Source of the DNA: Narcine bancroftii | Lineage: Eukaryota | Length of the DNA stretch: 64,000 bases | Direction: 5' to 3' | Assembly: GCF_036971445.1 (NCBI RefSeq) | Contig: NC_091481.1 | Coordinates: forward strand, 63,426,001-63,490,000 | Shown: one piece after another, positions 23,191-35,784 of the stretch | Layout of the letters: the number at the start of each line of letters is the position of its first letter | Position numbering within the stretch: position 1 is the stretch's first letter | Made by a program: the position numbers and the translations under genes | Notes under the pieces: generated by a model | Told to the model about the DNA's origin: nothing | Seen by the model: only the letters and a program-made list of their open reading frames with translations | Database searches by the model: none

Positions 23191-25829
23191 CTGCATGGCA
23201 CTACAAAGGCACATTCCTCCCTCTCTCCTCCTTCAACCTACATCTTAACCCTCTCATTGCTTTGAGTTTTCTCACAACATTGTCTGGATGGGCTGACCGG
23301 TATTCTCCAGTGCCAGCTCTTGGAACAACCCCAACAGTTTGTTCTTCCCGCTCCTCCTCCCAGCACTCACTTCCCTATAACCCACCCCCTCTGCACCCTG
23401 ATTTCCCCCCACCCGCGCCATGGATAATTCACAGCAGGCCAACCCCACGCTCATATGAGGGAAGCCCTTCACCTGGAAGGGGTGCAGAAAGGATTCACGA
23501 GAATCTTACTGAGGCTTGAGGTATACGGAGAGGCTAGGACTTTTCTCCCTGGAGTGTAGGAGGGGGGTGGCGGGTGGGGGGAATGGACCTTGCAGAGATT
23601 TATAAAATCACGAGGGCATACTCAAGGTAAATACCATGTATGATAATCGATCCCATCGATCCTATTTTTGGCACTGGCTGCCCACCCATCCAAATGCAGA
23701 CTTACCCCCAGCTCCCAGCCATCTGAGCTCTCAACACTCCAAACCTGGACTTGCCCCCGGCCATCCGGGCTCCCGACAACTTGAACGACGCGCCTGTGCT
23801 GTAAGTTTCAGGCACGTGCCGAGAGTGGGGCAGACCCCGAGCAGGACGGTGAAGGTGTTCACGGTGGGAAGGGCCTCCGAGGGAGGTGATGTGGATGCAT
23901 CAGCAGAGATAGGCATGTGGGGAATGAGGGGGTCGAGGAAGGGCTGCAATTAGCATCCGATTGCAATATCACTACAGACACAAGTTGATCAGCGGACCGT
24001 CCTGTGGGAGAATTGGACCAAAGTAATCAGTTCATTAACCAAGCAAGTAACAAAGAAATCAATGAAGGCTGGAGTTGGTTGACGACTGCTAATGCATCAT
24101 TTTCCGACTGGGCCTCTGTGCTTTCTCACAGCGCCTGGCGAAATTAGAACCTTCTGAATCAGCCGTGGGGTTTTTGCCAGCTCTCGGCAATCCATGTGAT
24201 GCGTTGGTCTGTCCTCAGTGATTCTAATCTCGCTGTTGGTTGTGACTCTGCTTTCCCGGACCAATCTCCACCCTGAGCTGTATTGCCTGAGGTTTATTGC
24301 CGAACACGCACTCCGCTGGGGGGGGGGGGACTCAACGGGCCGAGGAGCGTCTATTGTGTGGGAAGGGAAAGGTTTGACGGACGAGGCTGGATCTTTTTTA
24401 AAAAAAAAATGTAGGTGGCCTCCGCTGCTTCCATGGGCAGTGAATTTCATGGATTCAGCACCCTCTGGGAAAAGCCGTCCCTCCTCATCTCCGTCCGAAA
24501 TCTACTAGCCTGAATCTTGAGGCTATGTCGCCTAGTTCTAGTCTCTCCCACCAATGGAAACCACTTACCTACCTCTATCTTATCTATGCCTTTCATAATT
24601 TTATGTTTCTATAAGATCCGCTGTCATTTAAAACACATAAAGGGATCACAGCAGGGATAGCACACACTCGTAATCTCACTCACACCACACAGTGTAATCA
24701 GTCACATCAGACTTAATGCTACCGACACCAGCAACTGTTTACACTCATGAAAACACAGTGCAATCTAGTTACGTTGGACATCGTTACCACTGCTAGCAAC
24801 TGCATACACCAATAACGACTAAGGATTATAATACACTACCCACCATTCCTTGTCTAATGTGGGCACGGCTCCAACGGTACCGAAAACACCAATGCACAAC
24901 AGCTCCGATTTCCCCCACTTCCCAAGGACTCCTCCAGCGTTGTCCACGGTTCACAACCTGAAGCGGAGCAGCGTTTGTCTCAGGACCAAAGGGCAAGAGC
25001 TATTCCCACCTGGTGGATTTTACCGTAAGCTGGCAGGTCCGGCCCAGGTAATCACGAGGCGATCAAAGGGGTCGGGTTGCAGTAACGGGTGGGTGGGGTC
25101 CAGCCTTGATTGGCAGGTGGCACTGTTGACTAAGAAATGAACGGTGAATGATGCAAGTTCAACCCAACTTTATTGACTTTGCAGAGCGGGGTGCTCTGTT
25201 ATGCGACAAGGCCCATTGTAACTTCCAACATGGTCTTTCTGCGAGAAAGCTGGTGCGCAGATGGGCAAAGGCCTTCCTACATGGTTTATCTTCCCATTCC
25301 ACAGCCTGTTCATGTGACCTGTAATCTGCAGAATTCAGCAAAACATCCAGCATGCGTTTCGAGAACAGCATGGCCTTGGGTCTCGCGGCTGCGCGACTAA
25401 AAGAAAACAATTTCTTTAACAGACTCTAGTGTTTTCCTATTAAAAATATTCATTTAAAGCCTTTTCTTACTGTTGAATTTTGTAGAAAGAAGCAAATAAA
25501 GCAATTGTACATTCGATGCTATAATCTATCAATTCAACTTCCGACTAGATGCCAGGCAGAGAGGTCACGTGACCCTCCACATTTCCACTAGGCTCCAGTT
25601 GGAGAGGCCACGGGACCCACCACAATCCGCACTACAGCACCCGTGGGAAAAAGAGAACGGGTGGGGGTGGGCTTACAGCGTTTATAAAGAGTCTCGCCGA
25701 CTGGATGCTGGGACGGTATATTTCCCCGCCAAGGTCACCGTTTTGGATGAAGGGGAAGGGCGTTGAGGCTGGTGAGGAGGAAAGATTTGTGCAGAAGGTT
25801 GTACACCTTTGGAGTTCCCTGCAGTCAAA

Positions 25830-26335
25830 GCTAAGTCATTCTGCGTATTTGGACTTTCGTAGGGCCTTTGACAAGATGCCACTCATGAGGCTGATAAACA
25901 TGATGAGAGCCCATGGAATTGCAGGAAGGATATTAATGTGGGTAGAGCATGGCTGATCGTCAGGATACAGAGAGTGGGACTAAAGAGATCCTATTCTGGT
26001 CCGCTACTGGTTACCAGTGGCGTTCTGCAGGGATCAGTATTGGGACTGCTCCTTTTTTAAGTTGTCTATAAATGATTTGGATTAGAGAATAGATGGCTTT
26101 ACCGATGACACCAAAATAGGTGGTGGGGATGGGGGCAGAACTGAGGATATGGGAAGGCTGCAGAGGGACTTGGGTAGTTCGGGAGAATGGGCAGATGACA
26201 TACAATGTTGGAAAGTGTACGTCATGCACTTTGGTAGAAGAAATAGACGGGCGTGGGGAGAGAAGGGTCTTGGGAGTCCTCGTGCAGGATGCCCTAAACG
26301 TTAACCTCCAGGTTGAGTCAGTGGTGAAGGAGGTG
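25830..26335 (+). mobile_element. CR1 LINE RT fragment
   Basis: YLDFRRAFDKMPLMRLI; VTSG.PQGS.LG-like segment; DDTKIGG. Confidence 0.8.
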
Positions 26336-27616
26336 GGCACGTTTTTGTTCTCGTCGCTGCTGGTGTTTTTACAGTTGCTAAATTCTGCCAAATCTCCTGG
26401 TGTTTTAGCTCCAATATTGTAGTATTTGTGAACTGAGATCAATAACTTTTTTTGAGAATGAAGTAATAATTAAAGGAAAAAGAGAAAAATCAGAAGAAAG
26501 GTTCCGCTCAGTTTCTTACAATGTAGAAATATTTTACAAAACAATTTTGTGGTTAGTGTTGATCTAATCTAAGAAATATTACAACAATTTATTCTATATT
26601 TTTACAACTATGTATATTTTTTCAAATATTACTAATTTTGTGGGGGGGGGGGTGACACCATGATTTATCGCACTGGGTGACATCGACCCTAGTGAGGCCA
26701 CCTGGGGTCATGAGGTCATGTTGCAGCTCTACAAATCTCTGGTGAGACCACACTTAGAGCATTGAGTTTAATTCTGGTGGCCTCATTACAGGAAGGATGT
26801 GGAAGGTGGGGAGGAGACTTACCAAGATGTTGCCTGGGTGGAAGGACGTGTCTCATGAGGCGAGGTCGGCAGAGCTGGGACTTGCTAGAGGTCTACAGGG
26901 TAGGGTGGACAGTCAGTGGACAGACGGCTCAGAACAAAAGCCGCAAAACACCAGAGGAGTTGTGTAAAAGGTGAGGGGAGTAAAATTTAGGGGTGGAGTC
27001 GGGGGTAATTTTTTTTTACACTTGCATTGTCAAGGGGTGGGTTGTACTTCAAGTTGAGTTTATTATCATCTGATTGAACAATGAAATTGGTTCTCCAGTC
27101 CTCAGTGCAAAACACACAGACACTCAACCAGACATAACACACATACAGAAGAACAATAAATATGCAGGACAAGTATTTCATCTGTACAAATAAATACTGC
27201 TTTGTGATTATGAGAGTTTTGAGGGTGAGTGTGAGCCATTCCTTTGGTCGTCCAGTGTTCTCACTGCCTGCGGGAAGAAGCTGTTCCTCAGCCTGGTGGT
27301 GCTGGCTCTGATCCTCCTGTATCTCTTCCCCAGACAGTGCTGGATTCGAACCCTGGTCGCAGGTGCTAACCATGCCACCCAGACTTGCCCAAAAGAAGTC
27401 TCTCTTGAGAAGGTGGGGGTGAAGCACCTCACTGAACCACTGCAGTTCTTCTGATGGTGGATACACAACCATGTTATAAGACCGTAAGATGTAGAAGCAG
27501 AAGTAGGCCACTCAGCCCGTTGAGTCTGCTCCACCATTCCATCATTTCTCCTACTCAGCCCCACTCCCCTGCCTTCTCCCCATAATCTTTGATACCCTGA
27601 CTATTCAGATACCTGG

Positions 27617-27870
27617 GCGGAATGGTTGGTGTAGCCATTAGCGCAATGCCTTTACAGCGCCAGCGATTGGGACTTGGGTTCGAATCCAGCGCCGTCTGTA
27701 AGGAGGTTTGTACAATCTCCCGTGTCTGCATGGGTGTTCCTCAGGTGGGGGGGGGGGGGGGCTCCAGTTTCCTCCCACCAATTGAAGCACACGCGGCTGT
27801 AGGTTGATTGGGTGTAAATAGGGTGGCCTGGACTCGTGGGCCGAAATGGCCCGTTACTGTGCTGCGTATC
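27617..27870 (+). mobile_element. tRNA-derived V-SINE-like element
   Basis: GGTTGGTGTAGCCATTAGCGC...GGTTCGAATCC plus central domain. Confidence 0.75.
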
Positions 27871-28140
27871 TTTAAAATAAACCTCTTCTTTAAATGCACC
27901 CACCCACTTGGCTTCCACAGCCGGTGGCTATGATGGCAAGTTCCAGAGGTTCACCACTCCCTGGCGAAAGAAATTCCTCAGCATCTCTGTTATAAATGGG
28001 CGCCCTTCATTTCTGAAATTGTGCCCTCTTCCTACCATGGGAAAGAACTTTGTACTGAGACTATAACTGAGCACGTTCACCTGAGAATAGTTTCTCCTCC
28101 CTGATAATCCTTAACTCTTTAGAACCTTGTTTAGAAGCCT

Positions 28141-28300
28141 AATAGCCTGAGACTGTCTAATCTCAGATGCTAAGCAGGCTCGGGCCTGTACAGTACTTGG
28201 AGGGGAGACCATCTAGGAACACCAGGTGCTGTAGGTTTATGTGAGGGGCGCTGGGCAAAGAGGAGACTCTCTGACTGCCTTACGGTGGACAGAAGTCAAT
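28141..28300 (+). mobile_element. 5S rRNA-derived sequence (28141-28238) with a non-5S tail: SINE3-type retroposon or 5S pseudogene
   Basis: GTCTAATCTCAGATGCTAAGCAGGCTCGGGCCTGTACAGTACTTGGAGGGGAGACCATCTAGGAACACCAGGTGCTGTAGGTTT aligns to the 3' two-thirds of vertebrate 5S rRNA (A box, IE, C box) with substitutions and a 5' deletion. Confidence 0.8.
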
Positions 28301-28639
28301 GCACTTAGCTGGACTGAAGTTTATTAGACATTTAACCATCTGCTTTGGAGCCCACTGAATGGCTTCCTGTATTAAAACCAGATTTGCCATCGCTCCAGAG
28401 ATTTGGGATTATGTCGAACGGGGAACTATCGATCTGCGTGCTGAATTGCGCTGCTGGTTTTGCAGGGGAGCGGAGCAATTCCTGGCAATCTGCCCCCGAC
28501 GAGTCCCTGAACGTGTCACACTGAAATGCAGATGGTCGGGTTATTGTCACGTGGCGGTTTGTGGTATCATTCCAACGACAAATTAGTTGTCATGTTTTTG
28601 TACATTTCAACAGAGACCAGGCTTCAGAAGTGGAGTAAG

Positions 28640-29092
28640 GCACAGAAGTCTGCAGATACCATGGCTGAGGTAAAAGCATGACGCTGGAGAAACTCAGCAG
28701 GTCAAACAGTGTTCCTTTATACGGCAAAGATAAAGATCCCTAACCAAAGTTTCGGCCTTGAGCCCTTCATCAAGGTATGAGCACAATGTAGGCAGGGGGC
28801 TGAACAAAATGATGAAGGACTCAAGCCCAGAATGTTGATCTGTATCTTTATCTTTACTCTATAAAGGACACAGTTAGACCTGCTGGGTTTCTCCAGCGTT
28901 ACGTTTTAAACTTCAGTCGTGGTGTGAGGGTGATGACGAAAAAGACTAGAATCCAGAACAATGCACAGAACGCTGGAAGTGCTCAGCATCTGTGGAGGCA
29001 AGAGGTGTAAGTCAACATTTTAGATGAAGGGCTCAAGGCCGAAACTTTGGTTAGGGATCTTTATCTTTGCCGTATAAAGGAACACTGTTTGA
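28640..29092. mobile_element. Cluster of Penelope pLTR fragments in inverted arrangement
   Basis: Minus copy 28640-28810; plus copies 28811-28925 and 29023-29092; perfect 70-bp inverted repeat 28702-28771 / 29023-29092. Confidence 0.8.
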
Positions 29093-29354
29093 ACTCAACA
29101 GCCCCTCACTATCACCTGCCAGTCTCTGTTGCACTCCTACGTCCCTGTACTGCCTAATTACACCTAATTAATCTACAACCCCCCCCCCCCACCCCCCCGG
29201 TACGCTGTGGAGCATGGGAGAAAACCAGAGCCCCAGGGTAAAACCCACGCGGGCACAGGGAGATTGTACAAACTCCTTACAGACAGCTCGGGATTCGAAC
29301 TCTGGCCCCGGTCGCTGGCACCGTAACAGCATTGCGCTAACCTCTATGCCATCG

Positions 29355-29650
29355 GAACTCTGTAATTAGTAAGGGATTGCTTAAGGTGGGATTTGAGTGG
29401 GAAGGAAAGGGTGAGAATCACTGCTCTAGACCCAATTGTTACTGAAATATTTTACTTGAGAAAAATTGTCATTGGCCCATTTCCTTTGGAGTTCTGAAAC
29501 CGTGCACATGACGAGTCAATGAGGGATGATTAAAGCAGTGGTCTTCAAACTTTTTCTTCCCACCCACAGACCACCTTAAGCAATCCCTTATTAATCACAG
29601 AGCACCAATGGCACAGGGACGCGAGTGGAAAGAAAAAGGTTGAGAACTGT
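29355..29650. mobile_element. Partial compound hAT-type MITE, same family as 32819-33148
   Basis: Shares GAGAATCACTGCTCTAGACCCAATTGTT...GAGTCAAT...CAGTGGT spacer; ends GGTTGAGAACTG. Confidence 0.7.
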
Positions 29651-31519
29651 TGTATTATGGTAACTCCACATCTGATTAGGTTCATTGTTAGGCAAGTGGT
29701 CAGAGAAGGACCCCCCCCCCACCCCAAGAAAGGCTTCAATCACAGGAACAAAATAAGCTTCCGTCTCACTGCTCCCAATCTTACACACTGTCCTGATGTG
29801 GAATGTGGGGTCGCAGCCCCACGTTCACCCGAGTTCAGGTGCTGTCTGTGTGGAGTTTGTACGCTCTCCCCTTGTCTTGGACCAACAGGTCGGTCGCCTG
29901 ACGAAGGCACCCGAACCCCCCGTTGAAACGCCGGCGTCCGGGGCGGTGGAGGAATTGGCTGAGAAGAGCGCGTTGCTCCCACCCCCCTCCCATGGTTGGA
30001 GAGGGATTAAACTGCGATCTAACGGCGCCGGGCTCATCTCCAACAAAAGGAGCGGGAGGCAGGGTCCGCCGCGCACGGAGCGAGGGGGAAGGCATCGCCA
30101 ACGAGACGTTCGGTCCAGCGTCGCCGCTGAAGCGCAGACCCAGCGAGGATGGTCCCCAACTCCAGCCGCGTCTGTGTGTCCGGGAGCCGGGCGGGCTGAG
30201 TGCGGCGCTCCGATCCCCGGGATTTGGGACTCTGAGATCCATCCACACCTCCGGCGTCTTCATTTTCACCTTCAGTGTGCATGCGCTATACTGGCGCGGC
30301 GGCCAGCGGGCCAACTCTAATATATATTTAATATGATCTTGCGGGCCAAATATAATTATATCGCGGGCCAAATTTGGTCCGCAGGCCAGAGTTTGACATG
30401 TGTCCTCTACACCAACCAGGTGAAAGGCCGGCGGTACATCTCTACGTCTTGTGGATGCAGTGAGACTGGCTGAGTTCCTCCAGCATTTCTGTATGTTGTT
30501 GCTAATAACACGTTTGACTTGCAAACGTCTTCAGGAGTTATGGAATAACGGTAGCAACTAGGTCATTCAAAAGAACACCAATCTTCCTACAAGGAAAGTT
30601 TTACGTGTAAATTCCCCACAGTGACTAAACCAAAACATTGGCGCTTCACGGTGGGAAGCCACCAGAGATTTGCTTTGGACGCTGACAAGACAGATCTCCT
30701 CTTTCCAGACTTACCAATCAATTAACATATTTCAAACTAGCTCTGAGATGTGAGACGTTCTACCTCTGAAGCACCGTAACTAATCAGGGAAGAAAAATAA
30801 ATGTTCACGTTCAAGAGTAGAACACAAAGCACCGTGATTGAAGTAAAAACACAATGCTGGAGAAACTCAGCAGGTCCAACAATGTGCTTTATACAGCAAA
30901 GATGAAGATACAGAACCAACATTTTTGGGCTTGATCAAGGAAAGCTCAAATGTTCATGTTCATTTAAATTAATTTTCTGGAAAATTAATCAGTTTATGGG
31001 CAGTTGTCTGGTCCAAATCCTTACAATGACAAAGTTCAGATTTATTATCAAGAGTATATACATGACATCACATATATTCCTGAGATTCTTTCCCTGCGGG
31101 CCGGGCAGAATTTCTTCTTATCAGTCATGGAAAAATCATACTGAAGAAAAGTTTTGTGTACAAAAGAGAGAAATGTAAACTAACTGCAAAACAGAAAATA
31201 AATATTCAATGAATGATGTGTAAAGTGTCCGATTGAGTTTGTCGTTGAGGAGTCTGGTGACGGAGTGGGTAGCAACTGTTCCTGAACTTGGTGGTGTGAG
31301 TCTTGTGACGTTCTGTGGAGAGACTTGCTGTACTTTGTACTAAGTTTGTACATGACCAGAGGAAACGTTAATCGCTCAGCCAACACCAGACTTGCATGTG
31401 TCATGTAGGCTGAAGGCCGTTCTGTTTGTTTAATGTGTTGCATTACTGTATGTTCTTCATGGTGAACTCAGAAATGATTGCATATGGCAAAATTGAGGGG
31501 ATTTGTTATTTCATCAAAG

Positions 31520-32015
31520 ACTCTCAAAAACTTCCATGGTGTAATGTGGAGAGCGTCCTGGCTGATAGCCTCACGGTCTGGTACGGAGGTGTCTATGCTG
31601 GAGAGGTTTGTTAACTCGACCTGCGACATCACGGGCATCAGACTTCCCTTCCCCCCCCCCCCCCCATCAAGGACGTCCACAAGAGGCGGAGTTTTAAGAA
31701 AGCAGCCTCTATCTTCAAAGACCTCCAGCACCCTGACCACACCCTCTTCACTCTGCTACCATCAGGGGGAGGGGGAGGAGCCTGAAGGCGAGCACTCAGT
31801 GTCGCAAGGGCAGCTTCTTCCCCTCCGCCATCAGATTCATAAATGATCAGTGAACCAAAGACACTTGTATGATTTTTTAAACTTCCACTATTTTTATTTA
31901 TTTTTGGAAGGTGGTTTATGTGAAGGTTTGCGCTGTGATGCTGCCATAAAACAACGAATTTCGTGACGTATACACTTATGACGGTATATGGTTATGTCGG
32001 TATGTTCTGATTCTG
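31520..32015 (+). mobile_element. Rex1/Babar-type LINE 3' fragment; an opposite-strand fragment lies at ~31035-31310
   Basis: VESVLADSLTVWYGG; homologous to 11700-12180. Confidence 0.7.
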
Positions 32016-32818
32016 AACACTGCAGTCAGGCAGCCTCTGTGGAGGCAGAAACTTGGTGCCACAGTTCCTTCCAGCAATTTGTTGTTTGTTCCAGATTCTA
32101 GCCATCTCTGAAACCTCTGTATAGCTTGGGGTAAGGGTCACTTTACACTGTGCAGCTCAGGAGTTCCTGTGCACTCTGCGCGATTTTACCATGTCTAGGA
32201 TTCCTGCAGCTCAAATTTGTGATCCCTGATGAACATATGAATCCCTGTGCCAAGAATCTGAGTGGTGTGTTTTTAAGAGGCAGATTCCCAGTGGCCAACC
32301 CACTGCGCCCCACTCTTCCCGCGCTGACGTGTCTGGCCACGGCCTCATGCACCGTCAAACCAAGACCAACCATAAATCGGAGGAATAACACTTGATTTCC
32401 TGTTCCTGTCTGGACCCTCTCCATCCAGATAGCATTAAGGTTGACTTCTCTGGGTTCTGCCGGCCCGCTCCCCATTCTCTGTCCTTCTGTCTTCTTTCTT
32501 CAATCTCTCCATCCCCTTCCCTCTCTAGTGTTGTGTTTTTACTTCAATCACAGTGCAGACTTTTGTGTTTTACATTGGATATCTGGTGGACCATTGATCT
32601 GAAGCTTTTTAACCCTTTGAACACTTGATCCTTCCCTTTCGGGCCGTTCTCTTTTGGGTAAAGTCTTGTGGGGTGTGTTGTTGACAGCCTCTGGACAGGA
32701 TGAGGGAGGGACATAGGTGAAAGAGTAAAGGATCAGTTTAAAGTGAAGACCAGAAAACAGAGGATGCGAGGAGAAGGTTGAGTGATAATTAGGGCCTCTC
32801 AAATAGGACAGGATAATC

Positions 32819-33148
32819 CAGTGGTTCGCAATCCTTTTCTTTCCACTCACATCCCACTTTAAGTAATGCCATCAGGGCACTGCAATGAGTAAGGAGTCGC
32901 TTAAAGTGGGAAGGGAAGGTTGAGAATCACTGCTCTAGACCCAATTGTTCCTGAAATATTTTGCTTGAGAAAAATTATCATTGGCCCTTTTCCTTTGGAG
33001 TAATGAAACCGTGCACATAACGAGTCAATGAGGGACGATTAAAACAGGGGTTTTCCAACTCTCTCTTTCCACCCACATCCCACCTTATTAATCACAGAGC
33101 ACCAATGGCATACGATGTGGGTGGAAAGAAAAAGACTGAGAACCACTG
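32819..33148. mobile_element. Compound hAT-type MITE with 8-bp TSD
   Basis: GGATAATC|CAGTGGTTCGCAA...TGAGAACCACTG|GGATAATC. Confidence 0.85.
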
Positions 33149-33239
33149 GGATAATCAATTGAGAGAATGGTCAGCAAGTGTGGGGAGCTGGAGTTGATGA
33201 GTCTGCCCCATTCATTGCCTGTGTGGGCTTGGCCAAAGC

Positions 33240-33890
33240 GACCCCTGATCTTTTTGTTGTGGCATTTTGGAAGGACAAACCAAGAAAGGACATGCATGAC
33301 AAATAGTTGGGCACTGGGGAGTGCGGTAGAACGGAGGGATCTGGGAATACAGATACATAATTCCCTGAAAGTGGTATCACAGGTGGATTGGGTGAAAAGA
33401 GAGCTTTTGGCATATTAGCCTTCATAAATCAAAGTATTGAATTCAAGAGTTGGGATGTTGTGTTGAGACATGGGTGAAGCCAAATCTGGAGTATTGTGTG
33501 CAGTTTTGGGTACTTAACTACAGGAAAGATATCAATAAGATAGAAAGTTGGATGTTGCCTGGACTTCAGGAACTGAGTTACAGGGAAAGGTTAAACAGGT
33601 TAGGACTTTATTCCCTGCTGCATAGAAGAATAAGGGGAGATTTAATAGACGTATTTAAAATTATGAGGCGTATGGATAACCATATAACTATTTGCCATCC
33701 ATATCCTTTCTTGATTTATCCTTCCAAAATGTCACAACAAAAATTGAGACCACATTCATTTCAGCTGGCAGCTCGCTCCATACTGCTCTCTGTGTGAAGA
33801 TACTTTTCTCCTTTCACCCTTAACCCATGTCCTCTTGTTTGTATCTCACCTACCCTCGGTGGAAAAAGCCTGTCTACATTTGTTCTATCA
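33240..33890 (+). mobile_element. CR1 LINE 3' fragment with its terminal part (~33680-33890) inverted
   Basis: [24 protein letters not shown]...RGDLIDVFKIMR on plus; the continuation DRTNVDRLFPPRVGEIQTRGHGLRVKG is on minus. Confidence 0.75.
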
Positions 33891-34636
33891 AAGAATCTAA
33901 TATCCCCCCCACTCCTCCCCCCCCCCCAGCTCAACTGCCGTGTTTGACACGCGCCAGGCAGGGCGGGGATTAATATTCCAGTCACAACCTCCACCCTCCT
34001 CCCCCCTGAGCATCCCGTGAGATCACACAAGTCCTGTCACTGGAAACAACAATGCTCTGCCGTCAGACAAGTTGGGCCTGTCACGACCAATCCAGCACAT
34101 CTGTGCTGAAACGAGGGGATCTCTGTGACAGCGGCTGGTGCAGACGACATCTCCACAGCTCTGCAGCGAGAGTAACAGAGCAAAGCAGATGCCCACGCCT
34201 TGCTGTATTAGTGTATGTTTACTCCAAAGGCTGGCAGGATAAATGCCGCCTCCTCTCCCTGGCTTTCAGCCCCCTTCCAGCTGTGGTCTCTTGTCATCCC
34301 CAAGTGTAGTCAATCTCCGGCCTGCAATTCCAGAATCCCCTCTCCTGAGGGGATACTCATTTTGTATATACACTGAAACCTCATTAGAACGCAATTTGTT
34401 AATCCGTGGAATCGCTTAAAGCAACCCCAGACTTTGCAAATAAGTTGATTAAAATTCAGAATCCCAATATTAAAAAGAATGTGCTTGCTTTCTTTCATTG
34501 AAATTGTTAGAGAGAGCGGGTCCTTCGAAAACTGGGAATATTTGGGTTTGATTATCCATGGGCACTCTGACGTATATGCATCTGTCCGCGACTCAGCTGT
34601 AATGCGATATGAAATCTTGGACCCCAACTACCGAGT

Positions 34637-34775
34637 NNNNNNNNNNNNNNNNNNNNNNNNNNNNNNNNNNNNNNNNNNNNNNNNNNNNNNNNNNNNNNNN
34701 NNNNNNNNNNNNNNNNNNNNNNNNNNNNNNNNNNNNNNNNNNNNNNNNNNNNNNNNNNNNNNNNNNNNNNNNNNN
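34637..34775. other. N block (139 nt)
   Basis: Run of n, abutting the 3' end of the RTE element. Confidence 0.99.
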
Positions 34776-35784
34776 GACAAAGATTTATGGAGGGATAATG
34801 TCCACGTCAGCTGCAGGCTCGTTTGTGGCTGACAAGTCCGATGCGGGACAGGCAGACACGGTTGCAGCGGCTGCAGGGGAAAAATGGTTGGTTGGGGTTG
34901 GGTGTTGGGTTTTTCCTCCTTTGCCTTTTGTCAGTGAGGTGGGCTCTGCGGTCTTCTTCAAAGGAGGTTGCTGCCTGCCGAACTGTGAGGCGCCAAGATG
35001 CACGGTTTGAGGTCAATGTGGCAGGCACCAAGAGATTTCTTTAGACAGTCCTTGTACCTCTTCTTTGGTGCACCTCTGTCTCGGTGGCCAGTGGAGAGCT
35101 CGCCACATAACACGATCTTGGGAAGGCGATGGTCCTCCATTCTGGAGACGTGACCTACCCAGCGCAGTTTGATCTTCAGCAGCGTGGATTCGATGCTGTC
35201 GGCCTCTGCCATCTCGAGTACTTCGATGCTGGAGATGAAGTCGCTCCAATGAATGTTGAGGATGGAGCGGAGACAACGCTGGTGGAAGCGTTCTAGGAGC
35301 TGTAGGTGATGCCGGTAGAGGACCCATGATTCGGAGCCGAACAGGAGTGTGGGTATGACAATGGCTCTGTACACGCTAATATTTGTGAGGTTTTTCAATT
35401 GGTTGTTTTTCCAGACTCTCTTGTGTAGTCTTCCAAAGATGCTATTTGCCTTGGCGAGTCTGTTGTCTATCTCGTTGTCGATCCTTGCATCCGATGAAAT
35501 GGTGCAGCCGAGATAGGTAAACTGGTTGTCCGTTTTGAGTTCAGTGTGCCCGATGGAGATGTGGGGGAGCTGGTAGTCATGGTGGAGAGCTGGCTGATGG
35601 AAGACCTCAGTTTTCTTCAGGCTGACTTCCAGGCCAAACATTTTGGCAGTTTCCGCAAAACAGGACATCAAGCGCTGAAGAACTGGCTCTGAATGGGCAA
35701 CTAAAGCGGCATCGTCTGCAAAGAGTAGTTCACGGACAAGTTGCTCTTGTGTCTTGGTGTGAGCTTGCAGGCGCCTCAGATTGA
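34776..35784 (-). mobile_element. RTE-clade LINE (AviRTE-like), 5'-truncated; RT C-terminal half and terminal zinc finger
   Basis: NLRRLQAHTKTQEQLVRELLFADDAALVAHSE then ORF 34958..35671 (FGLEVSLKKTEV...FTYLGCTISSDARIDNEIDNRLAKA...RWVGHVSRMEDHRLPKIVL.GEL); after one frameshift, CSRCNRVCLSRIGLVSHKRAC. Confidence 0.92.

Noticed and set aside
28155-28238. Functional 5S rRNA gene
   Set aside because: 5' part deleted, several substitutions, no T4 terminator, not in an array.
34479-34636. Possible exon or ORF running into the N block
   Set aside because: No recognisable homology and truncated by Ns.
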